From the NCBI GenBank assembly GCA_973895155.1, contig OZ316899.1:7877241-7941240 (forward strand): DNA of 64,000 bases. The letters run 5' to 3'. The notes under the pieces were generated by a model. It made no database searches, was not told where the DNA came from, and worked only from the letters and a program-made list of their open reading frames with translations. The translations under genes and the position numbers were made by a program. Within the stretch, counting starts at the first letter, position 1, and each line of letters starts with the position of its first letter. This stretch comes from Marsupella aquatica (Eukaryota; Plantae; Marchantiophyta). This document shows, in pieces, positions 1 to 11,690 of the stretch.

Positions 1-1624
1 ACATCTTCAGACTCAGAACCGTCGGATTCAACAGCGACAGCTACAGCCGCAATAGTGGTAGCCCATTGTCGAGAATTTTCAGCAAGTGATTCACAATGGG
101 CTTTAAGTGAGGGAACTCTCTCGCAAAGGTAGGAAGCAAAAGCTTCCACAAAATGCCTCTCGGACTGAGAGTCACAATAAACAAAGCATTCCCTATCGCA
201 AAAAAATGATGTCTTCATGACTTGGCCACCGGAGAAAAAATCTAGAACCAAATCTCCCGGTTCTGATAAGGATTCAATAATCCTTTGGATCATCCGCGTG
301 GGTTTGGCATGAGGATTAACCCATCCTCCGCGACTACCAACTGTCTCAAATCGAGGGGCCATATTCATAATCTTGACGGCCTCTTCCGGGTCCAAAACCA
401 CTTTTAGGTCGTCGTTTTGTGTCCCCTCATCTGATTCCTTAGCTTTCCCCTTTCCCTTGTCGATCTTGCATACTTCATAATCAACATCCTTTGAAGTATA
501 CAAGAATTTTGGCTTTGGATAGTTGGGCTTGAAAACTTCATTCCAATTGACGTCTTCATCTCGAGAAATCCCTGCAAAGATAACTTCTTCAATCCCTCCA
601 CCCCAACATGAGTCATGAGGGTGCGGTTGATCATCTCGTGAATAACTCCCATACTCAATGTGAATGGTCAAAGCTTTCTCTTGTCCCAATTTACGAAGGG
701 CACCATGGACATTCAGTGCAAGTTGTCCAGGATGAACTGTTATCGTCACCACAATCGTGGGATTTTGTGGAAGCTCCACAATGTATTCAAAGAGAACAAG
801 AATCTCTGCTTCAGTCCACTATTTTTGTGGAAGCCGGCTAAAATCAACAATGGCAAGAGGGCAGGTCGGAGGAGCTTCTTGCAATGACTCTGGATCAATG
901 GTCTTCATGAGATTGTCGCTAAAAAATGTAACCCATGGTAGGGTCCGAGAACGTGATCCTCCGCCAAATCTCTGGCAGTATATATCATCTAGGCGGAATA
1001 CCAATGCCGTCGGCAAGATTGCGCTCTCCCGCGTATGATTTGGCTTTAAAAGGTTGGCAAGATAGACCTCGCCAGCGGCTCTTCGACACCTGCTGAACTC
1101 TGAATCAATTGCTAGCGTAGGAAGAACCTCAACTACTTTCCTCCAATTAGTATTTGTCGGGAAATTCACCGCATCCTTGGTGCAATAGTAGTCTTCAATA
1201 AGGGACTTGAGTTTCCGCACGATCTTCACATCTTTGGCCAACTCCTCTATAGATGGCATGTCTGATTTATTAGAGGCATCTTTCTTTAGCAATACCTTTC
1301 CTGACTTCACCCGCGTCAGTATTCTTGTGATGTCTCGTTGTGAGATCAACTCACCATCAAAACAATGAAACATGGCAACAGTAATTGCTTTTTCAGACTT
1401 CTCATTTCCTTCTACACCAGCTCCATCGGGAAGTTTCCCATCCAACCACAATTGGCATACCAAACTCCATAAATCAAAAAGAGCATTGTCGGCAAACAGT
1501 AACCAGTAGACATTACGACAATCTTTCCTTCCCATGGTCATTCTTGCAAGAGCCAACCAATCCTACAATTGCAAAGGAAAGTCTGTTAGTTCTCCATAAC
1601 TCAATTGTTTGAAAGCACTCAGGT

Positions 1625-1975
1625 GCGGACTGAGACCATCCCAGTCCAACACAGAACTAGACAGTATCAGTGGAAATATTATATTGAATGTGCATGATTT
1701 AGTTTGGACTAGGACCATCCCAATCCAAAACAAAACTAGACGGTATCAGTGGAGAAATATTCTACTGAATGTGCATGAATCCATTTGGACTGGGACCATC
1801 CCAGTCCAACACAAAACTAGACAATATCAGTGGAAATAGTCTATTGAATGTGCATGAATCCATTTGGACTGGGACCATCCCAGTCCAACACAAAACTAGA
1901 CGATATCAGTGGAAATATTCTACTGAATGTGAATGTATCCATTTGGACTCGGACCATCTCAATCCAAAGCAAACT
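1625..1975. repeat. About 4.5 copies of an ~80-bp tandem repeat inside intron 2 of the cargo gene
   Basis: Repeated GGACTGGGACCATCCCAGTCCAACACAAAACTAGAC..TATCAGTGGAAATATTCTACTGAATGTGCATGAATCCATTT; the core is related to the reverse complement of the 27-bp unit. Confidence 0.9.
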
Positions 1976-2819
1976 TGAAGCTTTGTGGTCAAAGACTACC
2001 ATCTCAATTGTAATCACACATGGAGAGTCTACGGTATTGTACCAATCAAGCAGTAACACTTCATACCTGAAATTTTTGATTGTCTTGAGCGTTTGTTTTG
2101 TTGTCCCCATGTTTTGGCCGGCTAGGTTTTCCACATTCCACAAATTGCCGCCTAGCATGAACGACTGTATCTTTGAAGCATGACTGAAACACCATCGTGC
2201 TATTGATAGCATTAGATCGCATTGAATGCTCAACTAATATTGATGATGGTGTTCGATGAGATAATATTCTTGACTTTCGAAATTCCAGCTTTTTTGCCAA
2301 TGCTGTTAGCTTGGCATCCTTGTTTGCCCATTCTCGAATCCATCTGGCTGCTCTGGCCGAATGTTGACCGCTAATGGCAAGGAATTGAACCTCCCCCTTT
2401 TTCACGGCTGCTACAAAGTCCCTCCTATCTGATTCCGTGTTGTCATATTGCATTAGGTTTCTATGTTTTGTAGTGTAAGGAATCAAGTCTGCTATGTGTG
2501 GTTCATGCCCTGGATTTCTTATCATGGAATTGGCCACCTCCTTTACATGGTCTGCATTCAACATTCTGTAACAGAGTCTTGCCGACGCAGGGAAAATACT
2601 CTCTACGGGAATAGAAAATATCGAATTGATCCCAAACGTATAATATTGCTCCATTTGTTGTAGTACCTCATTACCTTCTAAGACCTTCTTCTCCTCAGGA
2701 GCGTCCAACTGCTCGTCCATATCTTGTGAATGCACTGTCAGGTTTTCTGTAGTGTCATCCATGATGGCACTGTCAATTTTCTGTTTCTTCTTTTGTCTTG
2801 GCCTCTTTTCACTTGCACT

Positions 2820-2960
2820 TGGCTTCTCAACCGGACGTTTCTTCTCAACTGGCTTCTCAACTTGGCTTCTCGTACTCGGCTTCTCAACTGGCTTCTGAAC
2901 TCGGCTTCTCGTACTCGGCTTCTCAACCAGCTTCTCAACTGGAAGTTTCTTTTCAACCGG
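2820..2960 (-). repeat. Coding tandem repeat (VEKPSTRS / VEKP) in the linker of the cargo protein
   Basis: Repeated GGCTTCTCAACT and GGCTTCTCGTACTC units; protein reads VEKPSTRSRVQKPVEKPSTRSQVEKPVEKK. Confidence 0.85.
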
Positions 2961-3894
2961 AGGTTTCCTTTGGCTTTGTTTTTGTTTTCCCACTGCTCTT
3001 TGAGAGGTTGCTGCTGTAGTTCCCGCGGTCTCTGTTGTAGGTTCTGGAGCTTTCTCTGGCGCCTTCTCGGGCACAGGGTTTGTATTCACCGTTGGAAGGT
3101 TTCTCGTCTTTGACAAAGATTCTATCCATTGCTTTGCTTTGACTAAATCAAAGTTGGGATCAAATGCAACATCCTTATCAATTAAAACACCAGGCTCCTC
3201 TGACTCCAACGATAACAATCCAACTTTCTCAAGTAAATTGCTTAACGTCCAAGTAGTTGCAAAAGAGAAATTGCCTTGGTGCTTCATCATGTTGAGTTTC
3301 AAATATTGAAACCCATACATAATGTCGACTGGAAGCATACCAGTTACCCCGATGACCAACTTCTTTGTGTCATATGTCTTTGGAAAAAATCCCATTGACA
3401 AAACGCTCAAGTCACCACTTGCGTGCCATTCGACATAGAATTCTGAGGAGTATGCCTTTGACATGAGGTTAACTTTAACCCAGCATGACCTATCGTGCAT
3501 CTCCAGAATGACCGAATTCATCCCTCTCCCTCCAATGCCAACAGAGACCACAGGTCCGCAAACCAAAGTCAGGCTATCATTTGCTCTGCACTTTAAGGTC
3601 AAAACAGGTTCAATCGTGCTTGATGGCACTTCATTATTAAGCGGGGTTCTTGAGAACTCAAGCCCCCATCGGAAGCCTGGGGATCTCTCATCTAGTAAGA
3701 ATCCGTCCCGGCAGTCGGTCGGTGCAATCGCGGGTTTGAAACCAACAAGATCGCTCCCTGCATCATAAAAACATCATCCATGTTAGACTTATTAAGTTTA
3801 AAACATTTGAATAACTCTTGTTGGATTAGGATGGTCCTAGTCCAACTTGAGATGGTTTTAGATTTGCTCCTACAATCGAGATTCAATCTCCTGG

Positions 3895-4160
3895 ATGGAT
3901 TAGGATCATCCGAGTCCAAGTTTGGATTGGGATCATCCGAGTCCACGTTTGAATTAGGATCATCTGAGTCCAAGTTCGGATTGGGATGGTCCGAGTCCAA
4001 CTTTGGATTGGGATCATCCGAGTCCAACTTTGGATTGGGATCATCCGAGTCCATGTTTGGATTAGGATCATCTGAGTCCAAGTTCGGATTGGGATGGTCC
4101 GAGTCCAAGTTTGGATTGGGATCATCCGAGTCCAACTTTGGACTCGGATGGTCCCAGTCC
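3895..4160. repeat. 27-bp minisatellite (GGATCATCCGAGTCCAAGTTTGGATTG, about 10 copies) inside intron 1 of the cargo gene
   Basis: Directly visible; it produces the spurious DSDDPNPNL repeat ORFs. Confidence 0.95.
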
Positions 4161-5382
4161 TCTAAGACTTAGGGAGGATAGGTGATGGATACTTACTAGG
4201 GATTCTTGATTGAAATTGTTTGGAGTCTTCAAGTGCCAGTTCTACACTGTCGCTCATAGAGGAGAGGTCAAACTCCTCTGTTGCTTCCACGGAGGACTTC
4301 ACAAGGACGCGATTCGCTTCCATCTTTCTGACACGTGGCAGAGTGACACGTGGCTTCTTAGCAGGCATCCGATTTAGGGCAATGAAAAAGAATGGAGGTG
4401 GAGGCGGAAGCAGGCAGAGGCGGGGAGGCGGAGAGAGAGCGGAGAGCAAAGAGCAAGGAGAGCGAGCGAGTGGAGGCAAAGAGCAGAGAGCGGAGGCGGA
4501 GAGTGGAGAGCGTGAGCAGAGTGAGGAGCGAAAGAGTGAGAATGAGAATGAGGTCCTGGCTGGACCTCTCCGTCCCTTTACCCCCTCTTGCCTCACCCCG
4601 GCCTGCGTACGGCCGGTTGCCTCCTTCTCCTACGTACGGCCTGATAGTGCGTACGGCTTGCTCCTGCGTACGGCCCGTTGCCCGCACCCTGCATACGGGC
4701 CTCCTTCCTTGATGTCCTGCCTACCTAACAGCCTTGCACGGTAGTCCCCGCGCAATTAGGCTCGTGAAGATAAGGTGTGCCGCAAGCTAAGGTGAAGGGG
4801 TACTCAACCCTTATCTTCACGCGATTTCCGTTTGAGCCGACTCGAGCAAAGGGTATATTTCGGGAGACGCCCACTTCGGAGCTCATTCTTGTTCTAGTTT
4901 CCCAAATCTAAGCTCCATGTAATCCGGAGTTTCTCTTAAAGTGTTATGTATTGAGCCACTTACCTTCAATGGGTCAGCTTAGCCAGCTTCTTGACTTTTG
5001 GGGTCCTCTCAGTTTATCTTTTACAGACATGTGTGGTTTAGGGTTCAGTTTGTTTTTTACTCCCAAGATTTAGTGGCATATAGCTTGTATTTCAGGGTTC
5101 TGGGAAAGTTTTTACCAATCTACAGACAACAATGTATCCCCCTTGGATGTGATATTCATATTCTACCAGATCTTAATACTAAGGTGAGTATAAGGTTAAC
5201 GCATTCAAATATAAGGCTAGGCTTCATTATTTCATGAAACTGTATGTAGACATTAGGGTCTACCTTAAGACCACGCAAACTTTAGGCTACACCATATAGG
5301 GAGATCCGTAAAATACGGAGTCTTCCTAAATTTGGAATTTTCTTAGCTTAAAATGTTTGAAGTTTATCTCCCGTTACATTAT

Positions 5383-6180
5383 GGGTTGGTCTAGGATGGT
5401 CCTAGTCCAAGTTTGGATTCAGATGTGGACTAGGATCATCCGAGTTCAACTTTGCATTGGGATCATCCGAGTCCAACTTTGGATTGGGATGGTCCGAGTC
5501 CAAGTTTAAACTTGGATGGTCCAAGTCCTAGTTTGGATTGGGATGGTCCGAGTCCAAGTTTGGACTTGGATGGTCCAAGTCCTAGTTTGGATTGGGATGG
5601 TCCGAGTCCAAGTTTGGATTAGGATGGTTCAAGTCCAAGTTTGGATTGGGATGGTCCGAGTCCAAGTTTGGACTTGGATGGTCCAAGTCCTAGTTTGGAT
5701 TGGGATGGTCCGAGTCCAAGTTTGGATTAGGATGGTCCGAGTCCAACTTTGGATTGGGATGGTCCGAGTCCAAGTTTGGACTTGGATGGTCCAAGTCCTA
5801 GTTTGGATTGGGATGGTCCGAGTCCAAGTTTGGATTGGGATGGTCCTAGTCCAACTTTGGACTGGGTTGGTCCCAGTCCAAATCCAGAATCGGAGGATCG
5901 TACTCCAAATCTAGACTCGGAGGATTCCAGTCCAAATCCGGACTCGGATGGTCCCAATCCAAATCCATAATCGGAGGATCGTAGTCCAAATCTAGACTCA
6001 GAGGATTGCAATCCAAATCCGGACTTGGATGGTCCCGGTCAAAATCCGGTCTCGGATGGTCCTAGTCCAAATCCAGAATCAGAGGATCGTAGTCCAAATC
6101 CGGACTTGGATGGTCCCGGTCCAAATCCGGAATTGAAGGATCGTAGTCCAAATCCAGACTTTGAGGATCGCAGTCTGAAT
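5383..6180. repeat. Array of the same 27-bp family (GGATGGTCCGAGTCCAAGTTTGGATTG), diverging in its 3' third, upstream of the transposase acceptor site
   Basis: Directly visible; lies between a candidate donor AAG|GTGAGT (~5183) and the acceptor TGTGCAG| at 6227. Confidence 0.92.
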
Positions 6181-6227
6181 CAAAATTTGCATGACTTTGG
6201 TTGTAATCCATTTTTTTCAATGTGCAG

Positions 6228-9200
6228 GATAATAGGAAAAGGATGTCTCAAAGGTTTTCTAGGGGCGATGATGTGACCTTGACAATGGATGGTTACGACG
6301 TTGGAAATGGGACAGTTCAAAAGACAGATCCGCAAGAGAGTGTTCAAAATATTGTGCTGGGAGATAATCGAATTGGGGTTCTCATTGAGAAGGCCTTTGG
6401 TGAGACCAGGAAGCTCCCTTTTCCAATGCCTAGGGCGGAAAATCTTCATGATGCCATTGACTCATGTGTCATTTGGGATATGTCATGTGCATATCGATCT
6501 GCGGATAAGATTACTCAAAAACGCATCAGTATTGGTAGTTGTTCGACTTGAAAAGATAACAACATCCATAATTCTGCAAATGTACAGGAGGATGCTTCGA
6601 CCACCCTAAGGCCAGGTGATGAGGTTGAAATGTTTATCTCTGGCCATTGTGTGGCCTTTGGAGTTGTTTTCAAGACTGATCCAATGGAGAGATGTCATAA
6701 CATATTACTCGGTGAGTCTCGGGTTAGTGTAAAAATCACAGATGTGATTCATGGTAGTAAGACTTTACCTTACGCACATGGTGGAGCTGCAACAATTGAA
6801 GAGGCAAAGGGCTCCTGGGTTCTATGGGATGTGGCTGACGTCCACAATAAAGTATGGAATGTTGATATCGATGGGAGCAACAAATCTTCCTCTAAGAAGC
6901 AGAAGGACAAGGCGGATTTTGTTTCACAGTCTTGTTCGGCAAACACCACAGACACTAAGTGTGACTATTTTCATCGGGCAAACTGGATGTGAGAGTTGGT
7001 TGAACTCTACACTGGTTTGGATCGAACCAAAATGGTTGCCACGGGAACGATCACTGTCCCTCAAGTGATGGCGGCAGTTGATGATGAAATTCTTGGTGAT
7101 GACCATGTTGGGATTGTTGTGAAAGATGTCGTGGCAGCACAATACTTTCCCAACATCCACAAGGGAGTAGTGAGTTTGATTCGATGGCGGATTGATTCAA
7201 CAAAACTAGTTGCAAATGGAAAATTTTTGTCAGATATTTTGGTGGAAGGTTCTGAAAGGATGGACTCAATGGATAGGGATGAACTCAATGCGGATGTAAG
7301 TGATAGAGGAGTACTGCGTTCAAGGCCCTACAATTTTAACAAGAGGAATCAAGTAGATCCAAATGAAAAGAAGAGGAGGTTGTTGGAAACCAAGGCAATT
7401 TCAAAAACAACAGAGGCGTCAATTGATGACGTGAAAAGAGAAAATTGTTGCAAGCAAAAATGTTGTCTCATTATGCCAAGGGAAAACATCGAAGATATTA
7501 GGATGGAATTTCATGGGATGTCAAGCGAGTCAAAAACGTCACACATTTTCAACCTCTTTCACTATAGAGAGGATGATGTTCGTGATAAGGGACACCATGT
7601 TCTTAAGGGTATGGTCGTATGCAGACATGCATTTGCAATTATCCATGGTTTTAGCCACACCAAATATTATGATTACAAAAGGAGATATGTGGAGGGTTGC
7701 AAAATTGGGTTCCATGGCAATACGGGCTTGATGAAAACAAGGGCAAATACCTTGCATGCACGAGCTCTGTTGGAGGCTTTTTTGACTCGAAATGCAGAGC
7801 CCATGCCTCATATGCCTTATGGAGGGGCACATGGGACAGACTCTATTGAGTACCGTCTTCCGGGGTGTTACAAAAAGCTAGAGATTCTGGAAGATGTGAG
7901 AACAAAGATGAAGGAAGAAGGGCTTCCTCCTGTCACAGAGAATACTCTCTACAAGATCTGGAGTAACTCATTTGCAAACTTCAGTTTTCATAAAGATGGT
8001 GCATTTGCCAAGTGTACTCTTTGTTGTGAATACAAAGACAGTTTGATGCGAGAAAGAAGGAAAAAAGAACGTGCTGAAATTGAAGAAAAACGAGCGCAAC
8101 ATCTTCGTGAGCAAATGTCACGTAGATATGTTTACTACGCTCATTGAGTGATGGCCAAACAACACCCAGGAGAATATCTTTGCATTATTCACGACAAGAT
8201 GGATCAAGCAAAGACATGGATTCCAAAAATGGTTAGTACTCCTAAATCTCTTTCGGGTCATGGAATGCCGCTACCTATTGCTCTCACAGGGATGTTGACC
8301 CACGGGAGGGATCCAGGAGTTTATGCACACTTTAGTGTCACTGGCCTTTGGCCAGGAGATGCCGATTTCACGGTGACATCCTTGGCTAAGTGTCTTCGAG
8401 ACCTTGAAGAGTACAATGGAGACAAGACAGGTGACATGTTGGATGGCCTTCATTGGGAACCTCACAGACCTTTCTTTCAAGCCCTACTTGACTTTGAAGC
8501 ATTTTTGACGGGTTATTTGGAACCAAAGAATATACCGGTGAATAGGTATATTGGTTCTGAAGATGGAGCTGAGAGTCGGACTGAGACCGTCCCAAACCAG
8601 CAAGATGAGGATGATGGAGAAGACATGCAAGGAGAGCAAGGCAGTCCATCGTTCAAGCCCTTGCCAAGGCACCTAACATTGCAGATGGATAATTCAGCAA
8701 AGGACAACAAAAAACCAGACTGTCATGGCATTTTGTAGCGAGCTTGTGAGTAGAGGAGTATTTGAAACTGTTCAAATGTCTTTTCTAATGGTTGGTCATA
8801 CGCATGAAGATGTTGATGCACTCTTTTCAAAGGTATCATATCAAGTTCAGCACAAAGAAGTTGCAACCCTCCTTGCTCTTATGGCAGAGGTATGGGAATG
8901 CGAGAGCATTCATCCAGTTCCCAGATTGATACAAGAAGTTGCATCTTACAAAGAATATCTTCAAACTTTCAAGGTGAAAGATATTCAAGGTCACTCAAAA
9001 CCTGTATCATTTCTTTTCTCTATGAGAGATAATGTACCAATATTTCAGTATAAGTCCCATGTAAAGCAAGCTTGGGCTCCACTTGGTGGAAGGTGCATTT
9101 GGGCAACAGATCTGACAACAAATTCTCTTCTTTTACCAAGTGGAGAGCCCTTAGCTAAATCCATTGGAGAGATACACAAAAAATCTGAAGAGATTATCCC

Positions 9201-10005
9201 ATTTCTTAACAAGTACCTTGATTTTTTGAGAAGGAGTTGCACTGATGAGACATCTATAGCATATAAGGAAAGATTTCCTCTTGTGAAATATTGGGAGAGA
9301 ATTGTGGAGTTGTTGACAAATGGGCTCGCACTAGAAGGGGAGGGAAGTACTCAATTTCCCTTGGAAAACAGATTTTGGCCTAAGACTAACCACGGCACTG
9401 GTTACAAGGTCAACCAACCGGAACAAAGTGGTCCTCCAAGTGAAGATGAGGAGAATGCAGAGATGACGGCTCTTCAAAATGAGGTCTTGGAAGAGATGGA
9501 AGATCAGGCAGCACCATTTGTTGGATCTCGAGCTGAGAGAGAACAAGGACGATGGATTCCTTTACAAGATATTTGTGAAGGAAACTTTGTATTTCTTCGA
9601 CCCAAGGATGACTGGGAGAATAAAAATGGTGGAGGTCATTTCTGGTTGGTGAGAGCTTTGGGTTTGGTGGACCCAAAGCATGAAGTCCCAACTACATCTT
9701 CAACAAACCCTTCTCTGCCTCGACAGTACGCTCCAATGTTCCCAGTTGAATGGTGGAGGCCTAAACACTCTAGTAAACTTGATGTGACTGAGAGTGCGCG
9801 GTATCTAAATTGTTTCATGTCCACTAAGACATGGGAACGAGATCCAGGGTTTGGTGAGAATACTCAACATTGGCAGTATGCAAATTCTGCAATGTATGGT
9901 TTTAAATCTGGAATGAAAGAAGAAAACATGGCAGGCAGAGGTTTGAAGATCCCTCGAAATGTTCTACAAACTGTCCAAAATTATCTTCAAAGGATGGACA
10001 AGTAG
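6228..10005 (+). pseudogene. DDE-type transposase pseudogene (DUF7869-like core) with three N-terminal En/Spm Tnp1-like domains, a Cys-rich region and a C-terminal beta-barrel-like domain
   Basis: ORFs starting 6222, 6630, 6996 and 8148 share one frame, separated by single TGA codons (6549, 6990, 8145), with a frameshift in the A-run near 8710. Motifs: FAKCTLC, IIHDKMDQAKT, LTLQMDNSAKDNK, FLMVGHTHEDVDALFS. N-terminal repeats of the form VAxGxV..DP....LG....V.I......LP.....DA.G..V.W. Confidence 0.85.
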
Positions 10006-10254
10006 ACTTAGTTGTTAGAAGCTATAATAATTAAATAGATAGTTACTAGTTTTTATGTAACTAAGATAGTCACTCATTCAAACATAGTAATTTATGTACT
10101 AGTTATTTACTATTCTAATAGTTTTAATGTGATACTATCTCCTCATTTTCTAAACTTTTGATCATTATAAATATGAATGTTTGCTTTTTCTACATAATTA
10201 AAAATGTTTTTCTATTCATTCCTTTCTTTTAAATGATTATAATAAGAGTTGGTA

Positions 10255-10610
10255 GGCAAATGTACACTTTTTAGGCCAAATGTACACTTTATTGCACTAA
10301 AAGTTACACTTTCTAGACCAAATGCACTTAAATGTACACTTGTTAAGCCAAATGTATGCATTTTGCACTCAAATGTACACTTTCTAGGCCAAATGTACTC
10401 AAATGTACACTTTTAAAGCCAAATGTATCTATTTTGATGTTCAAATTTACACTTTTCATTGCCCAAATGTACACTCTTTAGGCCAATTGTAAACTTTTCT
10501 ATCCCCAAATGTACACTTTTCATTGGCCAAATGTACACTTTTCCAAGCCCAAAAGTACACTTTTCACTGCCCAAATGTACATAAATCAAATAATAATACA
10601 CTTTTAATGA
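10255..10610. repeat. AT-rich ~21-bp tandem repeat (CCAAATGTACACTTTT core)
   Basis: Many AAATGTACACTTTT units visible. Confidence 0.9.
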
Positions 10611-10869
10611 ATAGGCTGATAAATGCAATAGGATCTCTTGTACCCTGGCCATTAGAGTGTGTTTGTCTTCCGTAGTGACTAAATGCAAATGTAGATAGAA
10701 TCATGTGAATTGTGTTACATTTTGACATTGACTTAGTCAGATCCAAGAAATACATGTACCAATTTTGAATTTGGTAAAAAAGATGAAAGATATGTTGTCA
10801 TTTTATGAGTGACATGTATATTTCTGGATTCTGTATATATGTATGCAACAAGTGATTAATGCCAAACTA

Positions 10870-11190
10870 TGGATCTATGGTGATTGTCTATGATACTTGA
10901 ATCTATTTTGTGTCATTTCAAATTAGTGTACATGGTATAGAAGAATGCATTGTGACCTATCTTGCTGGTCTATGATGTTGAATCTGTTTTGAGTCATTTT
11001 ATATTAGTGTACATGGTATAGAAGAATGCTTTGTGACCTATTATGCTGGTCTATGATGTTTGAATTTGTTTTGGGTCATTTTAGATTAGTGTACATGGTA
11101 TAGAAGAATGCTTTGTGACCTATTGTGCTGGTCTATGATGTTTGAATCTGTCATTGCATATAAGTGTACATGGTATAGAAGAAGGCTTTC
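10870..11190. repeat. ~80-bp tandem repeat, about 4 copies (TAGTGTACATGGTATAGAAGAATGC...GGTCTATGATG)
   Basis: Directly visible. Confidence 0.88.
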
Positions 11191-11690
11191 TAAAACTCGA
11201 TGTGTTCTAATGTTAGCATGGTGAATGGTGAGTTTATAGAGTGAGTGTACACAAAAGAACATGAATGGAATGTGTTAATTGTGCACAAGAGTCAGGTCAT
11301 TCTAAGTAGTATAACGGGGTCTTCATCACTAGTTGACATGAAAGACTTATATAAACCCCACACATGCAGTATCTCCTTTAGTCATTTTATGAACCCATCA
11401 AGTATTCTTAAAGACTACCCACTAACACCATTTTAGTTATTCCCAATGACTCACCCAAACAGCCCATAAAAGACTGAAAATGACTCCCCAAAGCTACCCA
11501 TACAAAGACTACAAACGACTGAAAATCCAATCTCTTGTACGACTAATCATGTGGTTCTATAAAGGACTTAGTGGATTGTAGTGACAATAAATATGACTTA
11601 CAGTCCTATAAAGGATTGTAGTCCAGCACAATCGTTTGCAAGTCCTAAACGGTGGTGAATAGTTGTTTAATAGGGTCTAAATAGAGCCTG

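Larger units (their letters stand above)
1..4368 (-). pseudogene. 3-exon gene (exons 4368-4197, 3757-2067, 1562-<1) encoding a >1100-aa protein: N-terminal region, K/P/E-rich linker, ParB/Srx-like domain, C-terminal beta-class N4C/N6A DNA methyltransferase-like domain; one in-frame TAG at 819-821
   Basis: Manual splicing keeps one frame. ATG at 4368; donor A|GTAAGT (4196), acceptor TGCAG|GG (3758); donor CAG|GTATGA (2066), acceptor TGTAG|GAT (1563). ParB-like segment YRMLNADHVKEVANSMIRNP...QFLAISGQHSARAA. Reading past the TAG gives VNPHAKPTRMIQRIIESLSEPGDLVLDFFSGGQVMKTSFFCDRECFVYCD, which matches the HPxxKP...S..GD.VLDxF.G...R signature of beta-class amino-MTases. Confidence 0.75.

Noticed and set aside
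1-1562. Bacterial contamination or a restriction-modification operon as the source of the MTase-like sequence
   Set aside because: The gene has spliceosomal introns and is contiguous with plant-type TEs, with no cognate endonuclease or operon structure.
4220-4744. 174-aa GA-rich plus-strand ORF
   Set aside because: It is low-complexity antisense of the CT-rich leader and exon 1 of the cargo gene.
3692-6276. Repeat-derived ORFs (DSDDPNPNL, MVQVLVWIG, DGPSPS) and a CRISPR-like appearance of the 27-bp palindromic arrays
   Set aside because: The units are head-to-tail with no unique spacers and no cas genes; the ORFs are by-products of a 27-bp period and lie in introns.
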